The notes below the pieces were generated by a model, which saw nothing but the letters and a program-made list of their open reading frames with translations, made no database searches and had not been told where the DNA came from. A DNA stretch of 64,000 nucleotides from a virus. Below are positions 49,156 through 60,637 of this stretch, piece after piece. The position numbers and the translations under genes were made by a program. The DNA is taken from the IMG/VR virus record IMGVR_UViG_3300020048_000024, positions 32,001-96,000 of that record; one strand, 5' to 3'. Every line of letters begins with the position of its first letter. The first letter of the stretch is position 1.

Positions 49156-50265
49156 ATGGCCAAGTCAATCACTGACACCCCACTTACCGCTATTAACTCG
49201 GTTCAAGCTAAAAAAGCAATTTTAACGTGCTTTGACGCAGAACTATCTACATTTTTATGGGGACCCCCAGGAATTGGCAAATCAGAATTGGTTGCTGATA
49301 TTGCTAAAAAAGGCGGCGGGCATATCATTGATATGCGTATGGCTCAAATGGAACCTACTGATCTACGTGGAATTCCGTTCTTCAATCAAATTACTAAAAA
49401 AATGGATTGGGCTGACCCATCTGAATTGCCAAGCGAGGAACTCGCTAGTAAATATCCATTCGTCATCTTATTCTTAGATGAAATGAATAGTGCCCCTAGT
49501 ACCGTACAGGGCGCCGCGTATCAATTGATTCTAAATGGTCGAATTGGTACTTATGTAAAACCAAAAAATGTAAAAATTGTAGCGGCTGGTAATCGAGATA
49601 GTGATCGTGGCGTTACTTATCGTATGCCTATGCCATTGGCTAATCGTTTTATTCATCTTGAAATGAAAGCAGATTTTGATTCTTGGCAAGAATGGGCATT
49701 AGAAAATACTATTCATGAGGACGTAATTACATATCTGACATTCGCCAAGCAAGATATGTGGCAATTTGATGCTAAATCTAGCAGCAAAGCATTTGCTACA
49801 CCTCGTTCATGGGCGTTTGTTAGTAAACTTTTACGATCAACTGATGACCCAGATAATCTGATGACATTGATTACTGGTGCTGTAGGCGAAGGATTGGCAG
49901 GAAAATTCATGACTCATCGTCGATTTGCCTCTAAACTTCCTAATCCAGCAGAGATTTTATCTGGAAAAGTAACTACGTTGGAGACAAAAGAAATTTCTGC
50001 TCAATTTTCTTTGACTGTTTCATTGTGCTATGAAATGAAAGATATTTGTGATAATAAACGAGCCAATCGAGCCGAATTTAATCAAATTTTCGATAATTTC
50101 CTTCGTTATATGTTAGATAATTTTGACCCAGAATTGAACATTCTTGGCGGAAAACTTGCTCTTCAGACATATAAACTAGATATGGATGCTACTAAACTTA
50201 AAAACTTTACCGAGTATCATAAAAAGTATGGTCATTTCATCATTCATGCAGTAAAATCTAAGTAA
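49156..50265 (+). CDS. MoxR-like AAA+ ATPase
   Basis: GPPGIGKS Walker A, LFLDEMN Walker B, AAGNR sensor, PLANRF Arg finger, ATPRSW. Confidence 0.85.
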   Translation: MAKSITDTPLTAINSVQAKKAILTCFDAELSTFLWGPPGIGKSELVADIAKKGGGHIIDMRMAQMEPTDLRGIPFFNQITKKMDWADPSELPSEELASKYPFVILFLDEMNSAPSTVQGAAYQLILNGRIGTYVKPKNVKIVAAGNRDSDRGVTYRMPMPLANRFIHLEMKADFDSWQEWALENTIHEDVITYLTFAKQDMWQFDAKSSSKAFATPRSWAFVSKLLRSTDDPDNLMTLITGAVGEGLAGKFMTHRRFASKLPNPAEILSGKVTTLETKEISAQFSLTVSLCYEMKDICDNKRANRAEFNQIFDNFLRYMLDNFDPELNILGGKLALQTYKLDMDATKLKNFTEYHKKYGHFIIHAVKSK

Positions 50266-50283
50266 TAATTGACGGAGAACTAA

Positions 50284-51531
50284 ATGAGTGATATTATCTC
50301 AGATAAGAAAAAGAAAAAAAATAATAAGTTTGACAAACTTATTGGCCCAACTGATCCCAAAGTAGAAGAAAAAGCTCGTGAGATGTTAATCATGGCACGA
50401 GTGAATTTGTTAATCAATCACGCATTTTTTGGAAACTTAGCCACTCGTCTTAAAATGGTTAATGCTGATGAGTGGTGTAGTACTGCGGCTACAGATGGGC
50501 GGCACTTTTATTACAATAGTCGATTTATCACAATGTTACGTCAGAAAGAAGTTGAATTTCTGTTCGGTCATGAAGTGCTTCATGTAGTTTATGATCATAT
50601 TGGCCGAATTGAGTATCGCGATCCTCAACTTTTTAACATTGCCAATGATTACGCGGTTAATGCCGATTTGCGTAGACATAAAATTGGTGAATTTATTACC
50701 ACTGTTCCTTGTTTGTATGAGGCAAAATATGATGGTAAAGTTAGTGAGTGGATCTACGATGATCTAATGAAAAATGTTCAACTAATTGATATGAATCAAC
50801 TTATTGATCAACTTATCGACGAACATCTAGACGCTGATGACGAAGGAGAAGACGGCAAGGGTCCAGCTAAAATGACAAAAGCTGAACGAGCCGAGCTACA
50901 TCAAGAAATTAAACAGAACATTATTAATGCTTCTCAAAGTGCAGGAGCAGGTGAATTACCAAACGGAGTAAAACGTTTATTAGATCAATACACTGACCCG
51001 ACTATGCCATGGCAGGAATTGATTCAGACTAACTTAACCTCTGCTATCAAGAATGATTATTCTTTTGCAAGACCCAATCGTCGTGGCTGGCACTTAGATG
51101 CTATCTTGCCAAGTATGACTCCCGGCGAAGAAATCGATGTATGTATTGCTCTTGATATGTCTGGTAGTATTACTACTAAAGTAGGAAATCAATTTGTAAG
51201 TGAAGTAGCTGGAATGATGGATATGTTTAGTGGATACAAGATTCATATTTTCTGTTTCGATACAAACGTATATGCTCAAGCCGATTTTGATAGTCAAGAT
51301 TTAGATAGTATTGATGACTATGAACCAAAAGGCGGAGGCGGTACGGACTTCGATTGTATTTTTGATCACTTGAAAGATCGAGGTGAAATTGTAAATCGTC
51401 TAATCGTGTTTACTGACGGATACCCTAATGGAAGTTGGGGAGATTCAGAGTTATGTGATACTACTTGGATCATTCATGGAAATAAAAGTATTATTCCTCC
51501 ATGGGGAACATGGGCATACTTTGATGAATAA
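50284..51531 (+). CDS. Metallopeptidase-like (HEXXH) + VWA domain protein, partner of MoxR ATPase
   Basis: TAATDG, HEVLH, N.A.DY.VN; C-terminal DMSGS MIDAS, GGGGTDF, FTDG. Confidence 0.85.
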   Translation: MSDIISDKKKKKNNKFDKLIGPTDPKVEEKAREMLIMARVNLLINHAFFGNLATRLKMVNADEWCSTAATDGRHFYYNSRFITMLRQKEVEFLFGHEVLHVVYDHIGRIEYRDPQLFNIANDYAVNADLRRHKIGEFITTVPCLYEAKYDGKVSEWIYDDLMKNVQLIDMNQLIDQLIDEHLDADDEGEDGKGPAKMTKAERAELHQEIKQNIINASQSAGAGELPNGVKRLLDQYTDPTMPWQELIQTNLTSAIKNDYSFARPNRRGWHLDAILPSMTPGEEIDVCIALDMSGSITTKVGNQFVSEVAGMMDMFSGYKIHIFCFDTNVYAQADFDSQDLDSIDDYEPKGGGGTDFDCIFDHLKDRGEIVNRLIVFTDGYPNGSWGDSELCDTTWIIHGNKSIIPPWGTWAYFDE

Positions 51532-51615
51532 ATTTGCTTAAATAAAAATAATTCTCTCCTTTGAATTAGTCATAAATATTTTGTGATGTTACTAACTAAT
51601 TCATAGGAGAGTATA

Positions 51616-52380
51616 ATGAGCAAATTTATTAAACATGTGGGAAAAATCGCTGACCGTAAAGTGGCAGTAGTATTTCGTGAGATTCCCGGTGAAGAGCATA
51701 TGTGTCTAGTGGTTTATACCGAGACATTGAATCAAAATATTCACGATCCACTTATCATGTGTATCGAGAGTGAACCTGCACAGCGAATGGACAACTTAGC
51801 TGATGCGTTGAACAAAAACTATACAAGAGACGGCAAAATCTTATTGCAAGTTTTGCATCATGAAGGCATGATGAAGAAAGTTCAATGTAGTCAAGTGTTG
51901 ATGACTCCAGCACCAAATCAAGCTATTAAATTAAACGAACTTAATAGCATCATGAACGAAATGAGCAAGGGTGAAGATGCAGTTAAGCGTTTGGCTGAAT
52001 TAGATGCTAGTCGTGGTCTTCAAGATCCAAAAGATATTGCTCGTAGAATGCGTGAAAATCAAGAACGTGAAGTTGCTGCTAGAAACAAAGTGTCAACATC
52101 AGTAGACGGTGTAATTGGTGACAATGATTTGGCTCGTCAACGTTTAGCACAAGCAGACAAAATGGCAGCAGAGGCTCGTGGTTTATTGGCTGAAAGTGAA
52201 AGACTAACTCAAGAAGCCTACGGAATGGATAGTAGCTTGAATCCAGTCAAGGCAAAAACAAAAAAGACAGTAACTAAAACTTCGAAAAAAGCGGCAGATC
52301 CATTATCAGTATCTCAGATTTTGGCAGAACAAGCTCCTAAAAAAGCTGGTCGCCCACGCAAGGCAACCGTAACAGGATAA
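51616..52380 (+). CDS. Hypothetical protein with basic C-terminal tail
   Basis: 254 aa, GGAG SD, CATAAATA box upstream; ends KKAGRPRKA (AT-hook-like). Confidence 0.65.
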   Translation: MSKFIKHVGKIADRKVAVVFREIPGEEHMCLVVYTETLNQNIHDPLIMCIESEPAQRMDNLADALNKNYTRDGKILLQVLHHEGMMKKVQCSQVLMTPAPNQAIKLNELNSIMNEMSKGEDAVKRLAELDASRGLQDPKDIARRMRENQEREVAARNKVSTSVDGVIGDNDLARQRLAQADKMAAEARGLLAESERLTQEAYGMDSSLNPVKAKTKKTVTKTSKKAADPLSVSQILAEQAPKKAGRPRKATVTG

Positions 52381-52384
52381 TGCA

Positions 52385-52684
52385 ATGACTCCTGAGCTTT
52401 TAGCTAAGTGGGAACACATAATCGACGGGGTCGAAAAGACTAAAATACCCGTCGAATTCATCGAAAAGCTCATTCTTAAATTGGACGGTCGCAGACAGAA
52501 AACAATTAATATCAAGAAATTGTTTAGTCAGGGACTAGAAAGCGATGAGATTGAAATGGCAATCGTTCGTAAGTTAGATGAACATGACGAAGAAATGGTC
52601 GGCATCGAATTCGTATTAGACATTGAAGGAATTGCCGACATTGTACAGCCAGAAATTGATGATCTTTTAAAATCGGTCAAATAG
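52385..52684 (+). CDS. Hypothetical protein
   Basis: 99-aa acidic ORF co-oriented in operon. Confidence 0.65.
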   Translation: MTPELLAKWEHIIDGVEKTKIPVEFIEKLILKLDGRRQKTINIKKLFSQGLESDEIEMAIVRKLDEHDEEMVGIEFVLDIEGIADIVQPEIDDLLKSVK

Positions 52685-52687
52685 AAT

Positions 52688-52716
52688 TTGACAAGACATT
52701 GTAATAATGTCATAAT
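52688..52716 (+). promoter_or_regulatory. Sigma70-type promoter for thyX
   Basis: TTGACA 52688-93, 17 bp, CATAAT. Confidence 0.6.
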
Positions 52717-52736
52717 AGCGTTTTAGAGAACATTCA

Positions 52737-53411
52737 ATGAAAGTTAAATTAATTAGTTATTCGCAACCAAGTCAAGAAGTCTTAGAAGAAGGTTTAAAAG
52801 ACGCTCAGGACTTGGTTGCATTTTGTGCGCGAGTTTCAAATCCAAGTAATCAAATGAACACTGAGACTAGTGAGAAGTTGATTAAGTATCTGATCAAACA
52901 TAAACACTGGAGTCCAATGGAAATGGTGTCTGTATGTTTAGAAATAGAAACTACTAGAGATATTGGTCGTCAATTATTACGTCATAGATCATTTTCATTT
53001 CAAGAATTTTCACAACGATACGCAGATCCAACAAAGGATTTGAGTTTTGTCGTTCGTGAAGCTAGACTTCAAGATACAAAGAATCGTCAAAACAGTGTTG
53101 CTTTAGATATGGCAAACGACGATCAACGTCGAATTGCCTATCAATGGGAACAAGGTCAGCTAAATTTGATTAAGCAATCACAAGATTTATATGCTTGGGC
53201 AATTTCCAAGGGTATTGCAAAAGAACAGGCACGAGCAGTGTTACCCGAGGGTCTGACAATGAGTAGATTATACGTCAATGGGCCACTACGTAGCTGGATT
53301 CATTACATTGATGTTAGAGCAGATGAAAGTACTCAACTTGAGCATCGTGAGATTGCACTTGAATGTGCTAGAGTGATTGCTAAAGTATTTCCATTAATAT
53401 CGGATCTTTAA
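52737..53411 (+). CDS. thyX: Flavin-dependent thymidylate synthase
   Basis: RHRSFSFQEFSQRY ThyX motif, HWSPMEM, KEQARAVLP. Confidence 0.95.
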   Translation: MKVKLISYSQPSQEVLEEGLKDAQDLVAFCARVSNPSNQMNTETSEKLIKYLIKHKHWSPMEMVSVCLEIETTRDIGRQLLRHRSFSFQEFSQRYADPTKDLSFVVREARLQDTKNRQNSVALDMANDDQRRIAYQWEQGQLNLIKQSQDLYAWAISKGIAKEQARAVLPEGLTMSRLYVNGPLRSWIHYIDVRADESTQLEHREIALECARVIAKVFPLISDL

Positions 53412-53764
53412 TGTCTAATATGCCACTATCATTTATGCATCTAATGCTTAGAGAGTCAATGTCTCGGGAAAGACGAATCAAACCTACTTCATTTAGGCGA
53501 GTCGATGATCATGTAATCGAAGAGTCTGACATGCTAGTTCATGAGTTTACAGTAGATAATATGGAATCGAATCAGATGTTTATCGCACATTCGAACTTAG
53601 ATACTTGGCTAAAGACTGATGAAGGACAATGGATACTAGATAATTGTGTAGAGGCGCCCTATATTGTGTGGTACAAAAATGCAATATACGGTGATTGTAC
53701 ATATCGTATAATTGCTAGACTAGTAGCTCAACATCAAACTTATTTTTTATTGAAATATAAATGA
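53411..53764 (+). CDS. Hypothetical protein
   Basis: W..TDEG.W......P...Y.LK; paralog of next gene. Confidence 0.6.
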   Translation: MSNMPLSFMHLMLRESMSRERRIKPTSFRRVDDHVIEESDMLVHEFTVDNMESNQMFIAHSNLDTWLKTDEGQWILDNCVEAPYIVWYKNAIYGDCTYRIIARLVAQHQTYFLLKYK

Positions 53765-54111
53765 AAAATATTAATCAAATTCGTAATGACTATCAGCGTA
53801 CTAGTAACTATGATTTTCACGATTATTCAACTGAGTATAAAATAGTCGAAGATGAAGTAAAGAAAATTACTTCAATTTCGGTATTTAAATTTGAAATTAA
53901 TATATATGATGATCAGATAGGAATTGGGCATAATAATTCAAAATTTCAAGATTGGCTTGAGACAGACGAAGCCATCTGGCTTATGAGCCATAGAATAGAA
54001 GATCCAAAATTTATGAGATATGTGAATCACGAAACATACGCTGACATGATAGAAGTCATAGTTAAATTATACGAAGAACACTCAGTGTATTATGCACTGA
54101 AATGGAGATAA
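53761..54111 (+). CDS. Hypothetical protein (paralog of upstream)
   Basis: WLETDEAIW...P...YYALKW. Confidence 0.6.
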   Translation: MKNINQIRNDYQRTSNYDFHDYSTEYKIVEDEVKKITSISVFKFEINIYDDQIGIGHNNSKFQDWLETDEAIWLMSHRIEDPKFMRYVNHETYADMIEVIVKLYEEHSVYYALKWR

Positions 54112-54112
54112 A

Positions 54113-55093
54113 ATGAGAATATTAGTAACAGGCGGGTGTGGATTAATTGGTCATAATGTCGTTCAACGACTAGAAGAACAAGGGCATGATGTTAGAATCA
54201 TCGACAATCAAACTGACTACGGAATTATACCAGCAGATGAACTTAAGTATGTCATGGCTGAGCGTATCAAAAAGATCAGTCATAAAACTCAAATTCATAA
54301 AATTGACATTGAAAGTAAATTTACTGGAAATGTATTTGAGATGTTTCTTCCTGAAATCGTGATTCATCTTGCTTCTTTCCCTAGACAGAAAGTAGTCAAT
54401 GCAAATCCACGACGTGGTGCTCAAGTAATGTGCGAGGGCTTGATCAATTTATTAGAACTGTCAGCCAAATTTGAAGTGTCAAAATTCGTATATATTAGCA
54501 GCAGCATGGTATACGGAGACTTTGAAGATGATGTTCGTGAAGATGCTATTTGTACTCCTCAGGGTCAGTACGGCATTATGAAATTAGCAGGCGAGATGTT
54601 AGTTCGTGATTACAGTCGTAAACATGAATCGCTTACTCACACTATACTCAGACCCAGTGCTGTATATGGAGAACTAGATATTGAAGACAGAGTTATCAGT
54701 AAGTTTATTCTGACTGCTATGAGAAACAATACCATTATGGTTCATGGTGCAAATACCACGTTAGATTTTACTTATGTAGATGATGCAGCAGACGGTATTG
54801 TTTCGGCTACGTTCAGTGATGTAACTAAGAATAAAACCTACAATATTACAAAAAGTCATGGTGTAAAATTAGTTGATGCTGCCAAAATGACAATTGATAT
54901 GGTAACAACTGGACAAATACAAATCGGTCCAAGAGACTTAGATTTTCCGATTCGTGGAGCACTTAATGTAGATGCGGCTCGTCAAGATTTTGGATTTAAT
55001 CCAAAGATCGGAGTACAAGAAGGTTTTTATCGATACTATGAATGGCTTAGAAATAGTCCATTTTGGCAAAAAAAGATCAAACTTTCTAAATAA
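54113..55093 (+). CDS. NAD-dependent nucleotide-sugar epimerase/dehydratase
   Basis: ILVTGGCGLIG, HLA, ISSSMVYG, YGIMK (YxxxK), DFTYVDD. Confidence 0.9.
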   Translation: MRILVTGGCGLIGHNVVQRLEEQGHDVRIIDNQTDYGIIPADELKYVMAERIKKISHKTQIHKIDIESKFTGNVFEMFLPEIVIHLASFPRQKVVNANPRRGAQVMCEGLINLLELSAKFEVSKFVYISSSMVYGDFEDDVREDAICTPQGQYGIMKLAGEMLVRDYSRKHESLTHTILRPSAVYGELDIEDRVISKFILTAMRNNTIMVHGANTTLDFTYVDDAADGIVSATFSDVTKNKTYNITKSHGVKLVDAAKMTIDMVTTGQIQIGPRDLDFPIRGALNVDAARQDFGFNPKIGVQEGFYRYYEWLRNSPFWQKKIKLSK

Positions 55094-55097
55094 TATC

Positions 55098-55128
55098 AAA
55101 AATGACTTAATTTATTTAAGTCATTTTT
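55098..55128. terminator. AT-rich hairpin, probable terminator
   Basis: AAAAATGACTTAA-TTTAT-TTAAGTCATTTTT after epimerase. Confidence 0.55.
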
Positions 55129-55158
55129 ATTATCGTCTCTAAAAGATAAATACTAACT

Positions 55159-55551
55159 ATGAGACTATTTGAATTCGATGAATCATCCACTAAAATACCC
55201 AAACTTAATGAGTTTGTAAAATGGGTGTGCGAGAAGATAGATGCAAAAGATTGCCCGACTATTAAATACGGCACTAACTTAAATAAAGTAAAACAACTTA
55301 GAACTTTTGGCAGTACCACTAGTAATGGTGATATTTGGGTTCACATTGAAAATAGAAATTTAGCTGACATTATGAGAACATTGTGTCACGAAATTATACA
55401 TTTTAAGCAATTTGGAGCAGGCACTGCCAGCGATGATATGAATGATAAACAACGTCAACGAATAGAAGATGAAGCCAATGCTTATGCCGGTCGATTAATG
55501 AGAGATTACGGCAAAATTCATAAAGACATATACGAAAATATTGATAAGTAA
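55159..55551 (+). CDS. Zincin-like metallopeptidase with MRLFE leader
   Basis: RTLCHEIIH (HEXXH) and downstream EDEANAYAG; GATAAATA 6 nt upstream. Confidence 0.7.
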   Translation: MRLFEFDESSTKIPKLNEFVKWVCEKIDAKDCPTIKYGTNLNKVKQLRTFGSTTSNGDIWVHIENRNLADIMRTLCHEIIHFKQFGAGTASDDMNDKQRQRIEDEANAYAGRLMRDYGKIHKDIYENIDK

Positions 55552-55567
55552 TTAAGGAACACATATC

Positions 55568-57814
<2,247 letters not shown>

Positions 57815-57829
57815 CTTTATCAACTAAAG

Positions 57830-57865
57830 TATCTTAATCTATTTTAAAATAGATTAAGATAAATA
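57830..57865. promoter_or_regulatory. Perfect 32-bp palindrome overlapping late promoter box
   Basis: TATCTTAATCTATTTTAAAATAGATTAAGATA 57830-61; GATAAATA 57858-65. Confidence 0.7.
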
Positions 57866-57888
57866 CTCTATTGATTAGGATATATAAA

Positions 57889-60636
57889 ATGTCAGACATT
57901 AAAAAATTCATGGATATAGTAACTGAAACGTCGGCTGGTGCAACTTCCAGTGGTTCAGTAGCTACCGTATCTCAGCCTATGATGGCTACAGAACGTAGAG
58001 TAAATCCTAGTATCTATGCTAATCAAGATTCAAAGCCAACAAAAATGGATGATCATTGCCCAGAGTGCAAATGTAATCCATGTGAATGTCACGAAGAAAG
58101 TAGAAAAGCGCCAACAGCACCAAAAGCAAAAGAATTTGGTTTATGGCAAAATAGTGTATTAGCTGGAAAAGCACAAAAAGATAAAAAAAAATCTAAAGCA
58201 ACTAATGAATCAGTTAAAATTTTAAAAACTACTAAAACTCCTACCGGTAAGCAAGTACAAGGAAATTACGGTCTAGATTATCAACCAGAAGAAAAACTAG
58301 ATATGTACGGGCACTCAATGAGAGGAAGTCCAAAGTTACATTCTCTCAGAATCCCTGACAATAAATATCCCGGACAAGGACCTGGACGTCCTGAAAATAT
58401 TAGCTCAACTGATGCATTTGACGTTTTAAAAAGAGATCCATTTGGTCGTGACAGCAATATGACAGAAGATGATCTAGAAGAAGATTGGGAAGGCATTAAG
58501 AATGCTGGTAAAAAAGCAATCGGGGCTGGAGCAATAGGATTAGCAGCATTGGGTGGAGGAGCTCAAGCACAGACCGCGCCAGCTAATACAGGCACTAATG
58601 CTACTATAGTAAAAAGTTTAGTAAATCCAGTGGCGCAACAAAGATTTGCAAAATTACACTCAGATACTACGGCTCAATTGAAAGATCCAAAATATACTCA
58701 CAATCCAGATGCATTAGCACAACATGAGAATTATCCTAAAGAACGACATAGTCAATATATACAAAATGTTAAAAACATAGAGCAGTGGCAAAACCCCTAT
58801 CAAATTATTAGTATTGCTCTGAACAAAGCAGGATTGACTCCGCAGGAAGTTTTACAAAATTTACCTAAAGGATACAAACTCCCATCAACAGAACCTAAAT
58901 CTGAGCCAGTGAGAATTCCGGGTGATCCAGGATACAAAGCACCTGTAAACGAATTTAAAAAACCTTCAAAAAAAATTAATGAGCGTGATTTTGGTCATGG
59001 ACAACGTAAATTAAAATTAGCAGAAGTAGATAAAGACAATAAGAAAAGCATAGGCCCAGATAAGAATGATCCTTTCGAGAAAGGTTGGCGTGCTAGATAC
59101 AATGATGATAATCCATACACTAAAGGTACTAAAGAATACAAAGAGTGGCAACACGGTAAAGATGAGCGTGAAGCACAGCCTAATCACTATGACGAAAGCA
59201 TAAATGAAGCAACAGGCGATGAAAAATTTGATAATATGATGGGTGGAATAGTACAGGGAGTTAAAAAACCTAGTATTGGCTCACGCTTAATGGCTCCATT
59301 TAAAAGAATGAAAGATCGTGGACAAGTTGCTGCTCAGTCGAGATTTTATAAGCAAATGATTGACAAGTATCATAATTTGGCTAGTGATTCAATGAATTCA
59401 ACAACTGATTATGAGTTCGATGATGAGCGTAGATTCCCTCATGAAGACCAGTTTTCAAAGTATATGTCAATAGCTCGATACTTTGAAATGTTACGTGGAG
59501 ATATGAAATTACACGCTCCATTTATACAGAATATAAGAAAAAATAATCCAGAACTAGCTAAGTATCAACCTTTAAATGCAGGTAAGAATTCAGACTTATA
59601 TGCAGAACCTGCATTGCCTAAATGGGTGCCGGCACATAATTCAATTATAGATATTGAACATCGTCCAGTGAAAATTACTCATACCGGTAAATATGAACGT
59701 CATCTTGGAGTTGAATGGATTAGTGCATACGGACAAAAACACTACGAAGAATTTTTAATTGAAGACCTCGAAAATCTACAAGACTTTTTGATTCAAGTTG
59801 AAGATGAAATTAATTTCAATGATGAACGAGAAGGAAGAGAAGGTTATGGTAGAGACTTAGATGAAGCCGCTAACTCTGCCCAACAAGCTGCTATTGCTAT
59901 TGCTAAAAAAAAGAAAGGTGTAACTAAGCAAGTAGATGAAATAGATATGAGTATCGTTGGTGACGCACTTGCTGGTGCTTCCTTAGGACTTGGTGCTGTT
60001 GGTGTAGGTAGTTACATTGGTCACAAAATTGGAAATAAAATTGGACAAAAATTTGTAGATCGTGCTAACAGAAAAGAAGCTGAACGTCAAGCAAAATATG
60101 ATAAAGAACAATTTGGCGGACCTCGTGACATTGATATGGATGATTGGGATGATGACGAAGACATTGAAGAAGGTAAAACTGGTCCTGGATTATGGACAAA
60201 TATACATAAAAAACAAAATCGCATAAAGAATGGTAGCGGTGAACATATGCGTAAACCAGGAAGCAAGGGTGCTCCTACTTCGGCTAACTTTAAAGCAGCG
60301 TCCAATACTGAAAGCGTGGCGGAAGCAGTAGAAGATCATACTAAAATCAAAGTTTCTAAAATATCATCTAAATATCCAGGAACAAATATCTTAACTGGGA
60401 GTAGTACAGTTCGTGTTGGAAGAAAGGGAAAAACTCCAATTGGAACATTTCCAACTTTTGAAATAGATGGACACAGATATATAACTCTTGCTGACGCAAA
60501 TAAAATAGAAAGAGCGTTGAAACAAGATGTGGCAGAAGACTCAAATACAAAAGTTACAAAAACGCCTAACGATATTCGTGCAATAAATAAAGCTTTCGTA
60601 AAACAAATTTCAGCACAGAAAAAGAGTAAAAGATAA
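57889..60636 (+). CDS. Large low-complexity late protein, putative internal-head polyprotein
   Basis: AGGA SD then ATG 57889 (MSDIKKFMDIVTE); many [LIVM]-x-E motifs separating unrelated short modules. Confidence 0.6.
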   Translation: MSDIKKFMDIVTETSAGATSSGSVATVSQPMMATERRVNPSIYANQDSKPTKMDDHCPECKCNPCECHEESRKAPTAPKAKEFGLWQNSVLAGKAQKDKKKSKATNESVKILKTTKTPTGKQVQGNYGLDYQPEEKLDMYGHSMRGSPKLHSLRIPDNKYPGQGPGRPENISSTDAFDVLKRDPFGRDSNMTEDDLEEDWEGIKNAGKKAIGAGAIGLAALGGGAQAQTAPANTGTNATIVKSLVNPVAQQRFAKLHSDTTAQLKDPKYTHNPDALAQHENYPKERHSQYIQNVKNIEQWQNPYQIISIALNKAGLTPQEVLQNLPKGYKLPSTEPKSEPVRIPGDPGYKAPVNEFKKPSKKINERDFGHGQRKLKLAEVDKDNKKSIGPDKNDPFEKGWRARYNDDNPYTKGTKEYKEWQHGKDEREAQPNHYDESINEATGDEKFDNMMGGIVQGVKKPSIGSRLMAPFKRMKDRGQVAAQSRFYKQMIDKYHNLASDSMNSTTDYEFDDERRFPHEDQFSKYMSIARYFEMLRGDMKLHAPFIQNIRKNNPELAKYQPLNAGKNSDLYAEPALPKWVPAHNSIIDIEHRPVKITHTGKYERHLGVEWISAYGQKHYEEFLIEDLENLQDFLIQVEDEINFNDEREGREGYGRDLDEAANSAQQAAIAIAKKKKGVTKQVDEIDMSIVGDALAGASLGLGAVGVGSYIGHKIGNKIGQKFVDRANRKEAERQAKYDKEQFGGPRDIDMDDWDDDEDIEEGKTGPGLWTNIHKKQNRIKNGSGEHMRKPGSKGAPTSANFKAASNTESVAEAVEDHTKIKVSKISSKYPGTNILTGSSTVRVGRKGKTPIGTFPTFEIDGHRYITLADANKIERALKQDVAEDSNTKVTKTPNDIRAINKAFVKQISAQKKSKR

Positions 60637-60637
60637 T

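Noticed and set aside
51562-51603. Inverted repeat TGAATTAGT...ACTAATTCA around a late box
   Set aside because: Short and AT-rich; function cannot be supported from sequence alone
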